From contig NC_042999.1 of assembly GCF_006345805.1 (NCBI RefSeq), forward strand, positions 165,912,001-165,976,000: a stretch of DNA of 64,000 nucleotides. Direction: 5' to 3'. The translations under genes and the position numbers were made by a program. Of this stretch, positions 11,241 to 24,771 are shown in pieces. Each line of letters opens with the position of its first letter. Position 1 is the stretch's first letter. The DNA is from Octopus sinensis. Taxonomy: Eukaryota. The notes beneath the pieces are model-generated. The model was not told the DNA's origin, made no database searches, and saw only the letters and a list, made by a program, of their open reading frames with translations.

Positions 11241-13192
11241 TTTTTTGTGTTTTTCTTGTCATTACTGCAATAGATTGATTGGAAGGGGATGATCCACTTG
11301 ATGGTATTTGTTGGAAGGTGTGACGTGGTATAACAAATTTACACAGAGACAACAATATAACTGAAATGAAAATTAGTTAAAAACAAGTTTATTTGCCACG
11401 AGAAAAGTTTGGCTCTGACGTTTGGCAAGGAAAAAACAAAGTTGGGGGAGGTGGGGCAGATAAATGTGTTGGGAGTGTATCCATTTAAGTTGAAATCTTT
11501 CAGCACACTTTTTTTTCCAAAGTAGGATTCTGCTCAGTGTTAGAATTTCCCACCTTCTCAAACTTATTTTATTTTTAACAAATATTTACTGATGTTGGCT
11601 GTTATTAGTTTCCTTGATCCTGTGAAAAGTCTGAGTAAAACAAAAATTCATCAATTTCAAGAAAACATCATTTTATTGCAATGACATGAAAAACAAATGG
11701 CTGGTCTGATGTTAACTTTTTTTTTCTCAACATTATGGAATAAACAAACAATACTTTTTTTTTTTCCTATTTTATCTATTACAAAATATGTTAGAAATAT
11801 TTGTTCTTACATCTCTTTACAAAACATCTTATGAAATTGATATTCTATGTGTATAGCAGTGTGTGTGTGTGTGTGTGTGTGGCAGGGGGTTAAATTTTAT
11901 TTCTTTAATTCGCTGGTAGTTCATTGGAAGACGGTAGAAAAGATGTATTGGTAAGTGTCTGAAATTGAGCCATTTTGATGGTTACCATTTTCTAGAGAAA
12001 CCTCTATCAATAAGATAATGTTATAAAAATTCTCTGCTCAAAAACAAGTTAAATACATTTGATTGTAAACAGTGATCATTGATGAAGCTTAACTTCATCA
12101 CTAATTTAGTACAAAAGTAGTAAATATCCTAATTTAAATATCTTTTGTTGATGGATTTTTTTAATAACAATCTGCTCACTACAACTTAGATTTAAGAAAA
12201 AAAAATTTTTTTTAAAAATTAAATATGAACAAGGGATGGGGAAATACCCATGTTGTAAATGTAAACCAAAAAAAAAAAATAAAGATTGTTATATAATTTT
12301 TACTGTAATATACAGAGTAAAATATTGTGAAAATTTATTGATTGTTGAATCAATACACAAAGTTTGCCTTCCAAAAGTATTGCCTCAAAAATTAGTGTTT
12401 GAATGATCAGCTAAATTCTTATAGCCAACACTTCTAAAATGATAAGAAAAGTAACTTCTGGAGTGGTTTGAAGTTCACAACAAAATTATAGACTCAGAAA
12501 TTATAAGGTTTTTTCAAAATAATAATAAAATCGAAAAAAAAAAAAACAAGTTAACAATTAATCGTCAGCTTTTGCTTGGTAGTTTAATGTAGCAGTTTGT
12601 AGAAGATAGGGAGCTTGTTCTTGTATTAGTTACCATCAATAACTCCAAGATTACAATCACATTTTTAAAAATAAAAAAATATACAAATAAACCAATTTAG
12701 AATTGATAAACAGCAAGCTTGAATTAAATAAAGACATTTCAAAGTCTTTACATTTGAAACAAATGGAAATTGTAAATAAAATCACTGGTTCAAATAATCC
12801 TCTTGTTCACCAAAAGAAGCAGTTTAATTGTGGATATATAGAATATAAGACACCAAATTGTCTTCATTGTTGAGCATGTCAGGTGGGTTTTGATTGCTGC
12901 TAATAGGTTTAAAAACTATTTTGAGCAAGTTAAAAAAAATAAGATATTTCTGAAATTTTATATATTAAAAATGTTTGTTTGAGATTAATATCCGATAAAA
13001 GCTTTGGTACAAAGTTAGAAAAGAACTCAAAATAAATGCAGTAAATATTATAAAAGAGGTGGGGTTTTGAATGCAATAATTTTGGACGGATGTAAAAGTA
13101 GCCAGGCAAACTCTGTGATAACATCACAATAGAGTTCTATCTGTCCAGAAAAAAAAAAGAAATCCATGAAACTTTTTTTTTTCTTTTACTAT

Positions 13193-13348
13193 TTAAGGAT
13201 CAATAAAAGAGATCATGATGTAACGGGTGCCTTTTGTCGTTCTCAGCCCTTCGTGGAAATGTGTTAGACGTCCAGGGTGCATTAACAGCCAACCCTTCTT
13301 TGTGTCCAGAACTTTACATTTGTAACGAATAAAGTGAACACCACCTCC
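13193..13348 (-). CDS. PLOD: PLOD exon 19 of 19 in window (terminal)
   Basis: ttcag|[54 protein letters not shown]. Confidence 0.97.
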   Translation of the reverse strand, partial: GGGVHFIRYKCKVLDTKKGWLLMHPGRLTHFHEGLRTTKGTRYIMISFIDP

Positions 13349-16300
13349 CTGAAAGTAAATAAAACAAATTTATTATAGCAGCCAGCTTTAATTAAAGACA
13401 ACTTTGGTTAGCCATAATCAACTGAACTCTTAGAATCAAATGTAGATCTACTTCCTTTGATATACTTCAATTTTTCTCTGAATTATATTGTGCAGGATAT
13501 GATGTGCAAGATGTAGAGTGGCCAGCCAGTAAATGTTCTCTCACCAAACACATAACATGTCCTATGTTTGGCACATGCTTACCCATACAAGACAGTAACC
13601 GTTTTAGTATGATCTAAATCTCAAATGGTACCTTCAGTAACAACAGATTCTATTTATCCTAATTTCAATTTCTTATCATAAACTAATGCTTGGTCTAAGC
13701 TTGCTTCCAACTACTTCCAACAGTTTTTGGTGATCAGCTTCTTAATTATTTCTGTTTTGCCATTTTAGTTTTGTGTGTGTGTCGTACAAGAGGGTGCTGA
13801 AAAATTCCCGGCTTTAAGAATATTGTGAAAGACCTGGTTGGAACCCCAACCTTCGAAGTTCTTTTATAGGGCTTAAAAAAACTGAAGGACCACTGCAATA
13901 AGTGTATGGATCTGGGAGGGATTCCCCTCTCAGATTGGTTGAATGGAATCATAATTCACTGATTCTCCTGTATTTTCTTTTACCCAAAGCCACGAACTTT
14001 TCAGCCTCACCCCCTTGTAACATTTGTAAACAAACATTATTGGTTATAGACCTTTTGTTATATGTATTTTTCCATGTAGACATGAATAGGATAGTTTATT
14101 TTGTCGAACACTATTTTTATAGCAGAACACCTGACTGTTAACCACCCAACAAGGACGAAGTAAGGGCACCTGTTTTATGTTAATCAAACTGGGTATAAGA
14201 GGCATCAGATGTTGTGTGCAAGAGAGAAGACTTGCACTGGTTTGGTCATGTGATGCCTATGGATGAGGACGGCTGCGTAAAGAAACACTAAGCTCTAATT
14301 GTGGGAGGGGCAAACCCAGGAAGATGTAGGATGAGGTGGAGAGAAAGAATCTTCAGCCTCACTGAGAAAATGACAAGTGACCAAGACGGGGGGGGGGGTG
14401 ATTTGCTGTACTTGATGAGACACTCCAAGCTAAGTAAAATTACTGCCTTCCACACATACAGGCTTGTTTTTTTTTTTCAGGTGCCGGTGCCACTCAAAAG
14501 GCACACGTGCCTGTGCTGCATTAACACACACGTGGAATGTAAAAAAACGACCACAACACTTAAATGGTTGGCGTTAGGAAGGGCTTCCAACAGTAGAAAC
14601 CAAGCCACAACAGACAGTTGGAGTGTGGACAGCTCCGTGTCAAATTGTCCAACCGATGACGATGACAAACTGAAGCAAATGCTGTTGCTGACAGCACCAA
14701 TGACTGCCATAACAAGGCTTCAGTTCCTGGTCATGTGATCTGCAGTCCAGATCCTTGACCTGTCATTGTATCGCTTATTAGCCAGAATAAACATAACTAC
14801 AATAATGGTGATGACGGACCCTAAACCCTTTAGCGTTCAGATTGCTTTGTCTAATGTAATGGATATCTATCAACAATGTTTTGAATTGTTAATAAATATC
14901 CTTTGCATTAGACAAAATGGTAATGCATTATCTCATAGCCTTGATTGTTTGCTTACAGAATGACATTGTAAGGCTGGATCTGACTAATTTTGAGCATAAA
15001 ACAGGCAGAGCTGTTTGGGCCGGCAATTGTGGCTGATTTAAATGTTGCATGGTTAAAGTTCAGAGAAAAAAAAATACCATGAAGTAAGAAGAAAATGTCT
15101 AAGGAGATTGTTTTAATCCAAGAAGAAGATAAGATGAAAGTTGTTGCTGGGGTTTAAGCCTAATCAGCTAACCAATGATCAAAAATACTGAAGCACTTTA
15201 TCTAGGATGGCTTATCTAATATAGTAATCTTTCTCTGAGACAGCTGTGATCTGAAGACAATTCAGCTGCTATTTCTAAAGACCAAGTGACCATGTAGAGG
15301 CTTCCATCATTTGCTTAAATAGAACTTGCTAATGAGACACAGCATGGCTTGGCCAGGTCATTGTCATTTGTTGAACACATTTTTACACCATTCTTATTGT
15401 CAGCTACTCAACCATGCAGTAATGGGTACGTCATTCCTTTCGGCTGATAATATAGGAACCATAACTGTAATTCGTTGATATTTTATTTTTTGTAGAATTG
15501 TAAATTTTACTTTTGGTAGGTTTTAATTAGCTTCTTCAATACATATATAACCAGATGATTTAACAAATTTTCTTACCTCATAATCAGCTTCTCGTGTATT
15601 GAGGGCAATATTAATGGTGAATGTTGATGAGTCATGGTGGGGTCGCAATAGTGGCTGTTCATCAGGTTTGTATCGGACAATGAAATTCATAACAGCTTGA
15701 GGTGGCTAAAGCAAGAAAAAGTCTTTTAGTAATTCATTAAAATGAAATAACGAGGGTAAATAATAACATGGTTACTACTTTGAAGTGGACCAGTTAAAAC
15801 AATTCACATCTCTCACTTGCAATCGTAGAGTGATTAGTTCCATTGCATGGCACCTTGGGCAAGTGTCTTCTATAGCTCCAGTTCAACCAAAGCCTTGTGA
15901 GTGGATTTGGTAATGGAAACTGAAAGAAGCTCGTGTGTGGGTGTATATACATATATATGTCATCATCATCATTTAAAGCCTGCTTTCCATGCTGGTATAG
16001 GTTAAATGATTTGACTGAAAACTGGTAAGCCAGGGAACCGCTCCAGGTTCTGATCAGATTTAGCAAGGTTTGTACAGTTGGGTGCCCTTCCAAATGCCAA
16101 CCACTCAGAGAGTATAGTGGGTGTTCTTTACATGCCATGTATGTGTGTGTGTGTGTGCTTGTATATATATAGATGTGCATATATCTATGTGTGTGTATTT
16201 GTTTGTACCCCACCATTGCTTGACAACTGGTTGGTTTGTTGACATCCCTGTAACTTTGCGATTTGCAATAGAGACCAACAGAATAAATATGAGGTTTTAA

Positions 16301-19300
16301 AAATAAATACTGGGGACGATTTGTTTGACTAAACTGTTCAAGTCAGTGCTCTAGCATGGCAGTAGTTCAATAACAAACAAGTAAAAGATAAAAGAAACTA
16401 CATCAACAGAAATTGAAATTTGAATCTTGTGCTTTGACACAAATCAGGATGAGCAGTTCTCCTCTCCAAGACACAAAAATTAGTGGGGAGACTAGGCTTT
16501 GCAAAATCATTTTACAGTATTGAGTCAGAAGAGCAGAAAAAATAACACTTCCAAAAGACAACTTCTTCATAATTTCATTTTATTATTACAGCATTATTTT
16601 ACAGCTGAATGCCTTTCTTGTCACTAACATTTATCTGGGGGGTTTTTCAGATAAGGGATATTTTTATTCCATTTGCCTTTGAAAGGGAAGAGAGACTATT
16701 TATTTTGTAGACAAGAAATGCAAATATAACATCATTGCATAGTTTCATGCAACAAAGACAGAATGTAAACATTCACTCAGACACATATACATTATATAAA
16801 TATGTGTGTGTGTGTGCACACATATATATATATATATACACACACACACATGACAGGCTTCCTTACAGTTTCCATGTACCAATTCCACTCACAAAGTATT
16901 AATCTGAGGCTAAAGTGGAAGACACTTATCCATAGTGCAAAGCAGTGAGATAAAACCTGAAACCATAGGGTTATAAAGTGAACTCTGAATCTATACAGCA
17001 TAATACTACTAATTAATTAATTAATAAGACTAGTACAATGATGATTTCTCACACAATCACGAGGCCTGAAATTCTGAGCCCTTTTAACATGTAGAGTTAA
17101 TTTGAAAGCCATGGAGCCCATTGCTACACTGGCAATTGACTGGTAACTTATTAACCTTGAAAAGCTGAAAAGATAAGTTGTTACCTTTGGCAGGATTTGA
17201 ACTCAGATACTTCAGCATTCAGATTATTCTGTCAAATATAATGCTTATTTATTCACTCTTTTGAATTAATCATACTATATCTCATAGCTTTGAAATTTCA
17301 ATGATGTAAATGCTTATTTTTAGAATGACACTGTAGCATAGGTGTGAGAGGTCAGATATGGCTGACTTGAACAATACACAGGCAGAACATATGGGCTGCA
17401 TATAGCGGCTTTAAATGTTAAAGGATATTATAATACACTATAACAATGATTTGTAACTTTAACACCAGGCCTGCAACATGTGGTGAATAATGAATTAAAT
17501 CATACAGGCATAGTTGTGTGGTAAGAAGCTTGTTCCCCAACCACATGGTCTCAGGTTCAGTTCCACTGTGTGGCACCTTGGGCAAGTGTCTTCTACTATA
17601 CGATGAAAGTCTTATGAGTGGATTTGATACATGGAAACTTAAAGAAGCCTGTTGTGTGTGTGTATATCTACATGTGTGTGTCTTTGTGTCTGTGTCCCCC
17701 CAATCACAACTGGTGTTAATATGTTTACATCCCTGTAACTTCAGTGGTTTGACAAAAGAGTAAGTATTAGACTTTAAAAAAATAAGTCCTGGGGTTGATT
17801 TGTTTGACTAAAACCCGTCAAGGCGGTGCTCCAGCATGGCTGCAGTCAAATGACTGAAACAAGTAAAAGATTAAAAGAATACAAGAATGAAAGAAAAAAA
17901 AACCCAAACCTAGTGAAATTCGAAATCAATACTCCCATGCAGTCATGAGCAAACTGCAGGACTTGCTGAATGGAACACCTGAGGGGAAATAACCTTGAAT
18001 TCTTTTAGTAATGTGAAATGATGAGCCACATTTCATGTGGCCTGGAAGAGATGACAATGCCTTTCATCCCTTCGGGGTTGATAAATTCAGTACCAGTTGT
18101 GTACTGGGATCAACCTAATCGACTGGCCCCATCCCCAAACATTTCGGACCTTGTGCCTAGAGTAGAAAAGAATTTGCTGATCTGGAGAAGACACATCAAA
18201 GCCAAGTGAAACCATAGTCGTGGCCAGTGCTGATGACACGTAAAAGGTACCTGTGCTGGTGATACGTGAAAAGCACCCACTACACTCTTGGAAGGGCATC
18301 CAGCCATAGAAACCAAGCCAAAACAGACTGGAGCTTAGTATAGCTCACCCGCTTACAAGTCCCAGTCAAACTGTGTTACACTAAGTCACATACCTCCAAT
18401 AGTAATGATGTTGTTAATATAATAATGAGCCAGGAAAACTCTGGTTCTTTTTATGAACATTAACAAGGTAAGATACTGAGAATTGCAAAAGAGAAAACAT
18501 TACCTCATTTTGATAACCTTCAAAGACCTTCTTCTGAAGAGGTGTGATATACTTGTGCAAGAAATGAAGCCATTCTTTCTCATACCCTATTTGATTCATA
18601 TGGATATCAATTGTTGGGACATTTTCATATCCACCATTCAAACGTGGATCCTGCAACAACAACAAACAATGAAATAGTAAAAAAAAAAAAAACATAATAT
18701 TTTCTTTAATTACAACAATACATAACAAATCAATTTATTTACCTTTGATACTTGTAATATTGACCCTTCCAACACAAGCTGCGTTAATTTAATTGATGAA
18801 ATTTTAAATTCAAACTATGGTCTATCAAAACATCATTATTATGTGAAAACTAGCGTCAGATTTCAATGTCTCAATGCAATCATAATTTCTGACCATTTTG
18901 AAAATTTAAAGACAAAATATAAAATGAATTCTCATTAGAATCAGAAAGGGGTTAAGCACATTCTTTCACTCTTTCAGTGATTTCGGTCATTGCACGAGGC
19001 ATGCTGGGACATTGCATTCAATACTTCAGTTGAAATTATTGTATACAGTGCTCAGGTGCACCACAACTCGTCAAAAAGTGCATATAAAGCATATGCAGTA
19101 ATGTAGAAATGTCTGGAAAGTGAACAGTGTATGAGTCAGATACATGCTTGCGTGTGTATGGAGGGGAGAAAATTAGGTGTAGTGTTGGCGAATCTCAGGA
19201 AGCATGGAAGTTTTGAAGGATGCAGTGCTCCGACAACTAACAACTGATGCCAGCGGTCTGTTCCATGCTTCAGCAACTCTCAGCGTGAAAAAATGTTTCC

Positions 19301-22300
19301 TAAAGTCATGGGAGCTGTGGTGTCTTCTGACTTTGTAAATATGTCCACGGGTGTTAGACAGATGGAATTTGAAAAGGTGCTCAGAGTTATTTTTGTAAGA
19401 TGGTTAATAATTTTATGAGTGTCTGCCAAGTCAGCTGCCAGACATCAGAGTTTCAATGTATTCATGCCCAGGGAAGTAATGCGTTCAGAATATGGCAAAT
19501 GCCTGATGGAGGGTATTCTCTTTGTTGCATGTCGCTGAACGATTTCCAGATGATTAATATCTTGGGCAAGATAGGGGTTCCAGACCGGTGATGCAAATTC
19601 CAGGTGAGGTCTTACCATAGCTATATAAAGCCACAGATAGATAGCCGGAGAGCAGCTCATAAAGGACTTGGTGAGTGATGCCAAGACACCCTCAGCCTTC
19701 TTGGTAATTTTAGCAATGTGTTTTGTCCAACGCAAATTGCTATCGATAATAATGCCCAGGTCACGTTCACACGAAGACTTTTTGAGATTAGTGTTGTGGA
19801 GGGAGTAGGTGGACGCTGGGTTTCTCCTCCCAAAATGCATGGTGGTACATTTGTCCACAGCCAGCTTGAGTTGCCAGTCCATGATCCACTGCTGCATTGT
19901 GTCCAGGTCTGATTGCAATAAAGATCTATAGAGTACAGGACCTGACCTCTTTATTTCGAGGTACAGCTTGATGTCATCTGCATATTTCAGCACTGTGGAA
20001 TTCTTTAAGTACTTATTTTTAAACCTAGAATTTTATTGATCCTATTGTTGAGCCACTAAGTTACAGGACAAGCAAACAACTGTAAACATGGGCTACAAAC
20101 ATACATATGAGGGGGTGATGAAAAATTCCTGGTTTTAAGGGTATCATGAAAGGCCTGGTTGAAAGCCCAATCTTCTGAGTTCTTTTACAGGGCTTAGAAA
20201 AGCTGAAGGACTGCTGCAATAAGTGTGTGAACCTGAGACGGGAATATGTTAAATAAAATCTTAAATAACTAATCCTCCTGTATTTTCATTTACCCAAAGC
20301 CAGGAATTTTTCAGCACCCTTTGTGTGTGTGTGTGTGTGTGTGTATCACAAGCTTCCATACAGTTTCCCTCTACTCACAAGGCATCAGTCAACCTAAGGT
20401 TACAGTGGACAACATTTGCCAAAGGTGCCTAGTGTAGGGACTGAACTCAAACCAATGTGACTACAAGTGTGCTTCCTAGCCTTACAGCCAAGCCTGCACC
20501 TATTATCATAAAGACAGCTTTTCTTGCTACAAGAATTGAATACAGCAGTTAATACAACAGTAAACAACACCAACCAACAGATCCACTTAGAACTCGGTGG
20601 ATTCAGCTGTTGAGTCTCTTGGCTTCAGATACAATCACATGCTCAGAGTACAATAGAAAACTGGATCTCTAAGTAGTTATTCCATAAATTACTCACTTAC
20701 ACATTGACATTTCTAAAATAGCTGTATTTTAAGTGACATATTGTGGACTCTCCTGTCACAGATAACAAATGAAGGTTCCACTGTTTCTTAGCAGAATAAC
20801 CTGCACAAATTATTTGTCTATAGTAGGCACAGGAGTGGCTGTGTGGTAAGTAACTTGCTTACCAACCACATGGCTTTGGGTTCAGACCCACTGTGTGGCA
20901 TCTTGGGCAAGGGTCTTCTACTATAGTTATGATTGACTGCAATTTCTGCAATAAGTCTTACTGCAAATTCAAACATTTAGGACGTTTGTGAACCAATGTG
21001 GAGTCTTTACATGGTTGCTTGTTCCTTTAAGAAATAATGGTCAAATCTCTTTCAAATTAACCTTATGTCTGAAAAAAAGGAAGGTTAGATTGGATGATGT
21101 AGTCCTAGATACATTAAGTAAAAAAAAAATACTCAACAGTCATGGTTGGAAGACAAATTGAACAGACTGAATAATGCTTATGATTCTAGAGACATCATTT
21201 ATGAAATATATTAAAATTGTGATAGGATGGAGATTAGTAATAAGCATAAACTGAAAGACTTACATCATTTTGACCACTGGACCACTTGCCATAATTTTCA
21301 TTCACATCAATGAATTCTTTGCAAAATTCCTCACTAACAATAGGGAACCAAAATACATCAGGACAAGGCTGAAATAGACATACAGAAAGCATACTAAGTT
21401 AAATGCAAGATAGAGATAATATAAAGTAAATAGTAGGATAGAGAGGGGATGTAAAATTGATAGCATAATAGAGAGAAGATATTATTGAATTTGTAGCGAT
21501 ACTGATATCCTCACTCTTTGAGAGACACAACAAGAATGATCTAATTTGAGGTTACAACCATCTTTGGCTAGTTTGACCCTGTTGTGTACACTGATCTGAT
21601 TGGTTGGCATTTGGCGCGGTCTGTCTCTCTACTTATTTCGCGCTAGTGTGTAAGCAAACCAATCACGGCCTTTAGATAAGGTCTCGTCACACTGTGTTTC
21701 AGATGCCCTTCTTTGAGCCATTTTAACCCTTTAAATAAGTCTGCCTTCACTATTCTACGTCTTTCGGCTTCAGACCTTTTAGGGTCTAGTCACTGACCAC
21801 AGAGCTACTCAGCCATGTTCCAGTTCCAGTGACAGACGACCAGCCCACCAACCATGCTCCTGCTTCAGCCACTATGATGCTAATGTACACCTGTGACCGA
21901 CAGGACGTTCTACAACTCCGCCACTGTCATCACCATCTTTCAACTCTATGTCGTCTCCATCTCTGTTGACTTCAACATGTACACATCAACACCAACCAGG
22001 TTTAACTCCACGCTGTTTGTGTGAATCTTTCACTGAGAAGAAACAGTCAGTCTATCTGAAAGAACTTACTATATCAAGAGACTCAGCACGGCATGATAGC
22101 CCCAACTTCTACACGTGTAGTAACCGGCTCTGCCACGTGACCCACAACATCTTGTTATAGAATTCTTGCTATTGTGTACCTCATGAACTGGTAAACTAAC
22201 TCTATCTTTACTCAATATGCTGAGAACTTATCTTATGCTCTGTATTACTGTTTTATGTGCATACACTATTATTTGTACCTTCTGTCGCACACACGAACAC

Positions 22301-24435
22301 ACAGACACAAATACTATGCACACAACACTTCGCTAACACTCACAACACTTTCTCTTTGTACACATTGTGAATAAAGTCTTCTTCTCTCTCAAACAGTAGA
22401 ACGGTTTGTTGTCCTCATTCATTCCTTTTGGCACTGTATGTTATATTACGTATATGGTTTCTTATTTTGTTAAGAACGACCGTGCAGCGTTAAAAAGGAG
22501 ACATTTGTCACCAACTCCTTACGTATGGTTGTATATATTCCTACAATTGAATAATTAATGATGTCATAGAAAGAGAATACCAAATGCTGCATGATAGTAA
22601 TACATTGGTATTGAATTTGAAGATAAAATGAATCCAGTATGGTGAAATAAATGTTAGAAGGATTAGGAATTAAATAACAAACAATACCTGTTCAGCAACT
22701 GCATCATCTTGAAAGACATCTGTGTAATTTTCATGGATATATCTGTCTTCCCAGTCCTAAAGAAACAGAAAATAGTATCTCAGACAAAAATAGTTGTTCA
22801 AGTTAAAATAATAAAAGTTTATAACATTAATTACACTGTACAACAAGTTTCAGGGTCAGGGAAAAAGCTGTCCTCGTCTACATTTTATTACGAAGTTGAT
22901 TGTGCTAAATTCAAATCTTATAACAAAAATTTCCCATCGTCACATTTTCTTGTAAATTACCAACTTAATAACTATGCAATTTATACCAATTACCACAATA
23001 CCATAAATTTATTTAGCTCCCAAAGTCAGATTAATTATGTCAATTGTAATTAATTCATAAATACCTAATGAATCGGCATGTTTGTTACCATTATATAATA
23101 TATTAACCTACACTTTGGTATTTACTTCTTCATTTATAAGACATCTCAGGTGTCACACTTCAGATTCCAGCAGAAGTCAGCCAGAAGAGCTAAGCTCCAG
23201 CTTCCCTTACACCTGTTTTCCATTAATGCTATATGTTTATGGAACCTCTCTCCATCTTCATCACCCACATCTCCTGCATTCTCTGGGAAGAAGGAGAGAT
23301 GAAAGATGTGGTCCTCCAAACTATCTAGAACAGCAATGACTCATTAAACCCATGCCAACAGGGAATGGATGTAAAATGATGAAGATGATCATAAGCATCA
23401 TCCTCATTATCCTCATCATCATTTTTCATGCTTGTATGGGTCGGACAGAGTTTAGTGAGACAGATTTTCTACAGCTGGATGCTCTTCATGTTGCTAACCC
23501 TCACCTCCCCAGACATTTGCTTTCAGAATATTAGAAGTGACAATCATTTACAGCTATCACATGACATCAACACACACACACATACAAGAGGCTTCTTTCA
23601 GTTTCCACCTACCAAATCCACTCACAAGGCTTTGGTCAGCCCAGGGTTATAGTAGAACATATACCCAAGGTGTCATGCTGTAGAACTGAACCCAGAACCA
23701 TGTGGTTGGGAAGCAAACTTCTTACCACACAGCCATGTCTTTAATTTTCTGTCATTTATACTCTGTGTAAATTGGTCCTATTAATATAAATATCGAGATA
23801 TTTATACTAAAAAATTCATTGTCTGAAAGTCTCCACCTTTTGCTTTCTCTTGTTTTGCGTGTATACATATATATGTATATAGTATTTCATATCCAATCTA
23901 ATATACTAAATATATATGATGTATCTAATTTGTTTATCTGCACAATTGCCTCTACCTCTGCTCACCTTGATCCTTCTTACAGCCATTCTTTACCTCTCAG
24001 AACCAATCTCCTGTAAAGACCGAATCGAAGTTTGAATCTTTTGTGCCCTACTTCTATATTGAGAATCTCTGGATCTAATCTGTGGACTATACACACACTC
24101 ATATAGACACACACACATATACATAGAGACAGAGTGACACACACATGCACCCATACACATGTGCACACACACATACAGTCACATAGAGCCATTCACACAC
24201 CTTTCACTATAACCTCTCGGAATAACATTAACACACACTCACACAAACACACAGTTAATATCACACGCACACATGCTACCACACACACACACACACACAG
24301 TTACTGCCACACGCACACACCAAACCATACATAAATATGCTACCACACACTTACTGACCATCTTCACACTCTCCTGTCCCAGATACCACTTTCTCTTTCT
24401 CCTTCTGGCTAAATACTTTTCCTGCAGCTGCCTTA

Positions 24436-24476
<41 letters not shown>

Positions 24477-24722
24477 GGAGAATTCACAAAAAAAACCAAA
24501 AGACGAAGACAGGTGGTGTAGACAACAAACAGATGTATTAGTTTAACGCTCGGGAAGTGAAAAAGTCTTTAACGTTTTGAGCCTACGCTCTTCCACAGAA
24601 AGGAACACAGAAAGAAACAAGGAAAGAAAATAAAGAATGTGTAGTGGCTAACAATCTATCATGGCGAATGCCGGACAGAGGGGTCACACAGGAGAGCTTG
24701 GAAGAAGGGGAGATAATAAAGT

Positions 24723-24771
<49 letters not shown>

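Noticed and set aside
13060-13110. WLLLHP-like reading mistaken for the last PLOD exon
   Set aside because: The true terminal exon is 13193-13348; this is 3' UTR and a chance match.
18017-18180. C/D snoRNA candidate starting ATGATGA
   Set aside because: The nearest CTGA lies inside a SINE B copy; no terminal stem.
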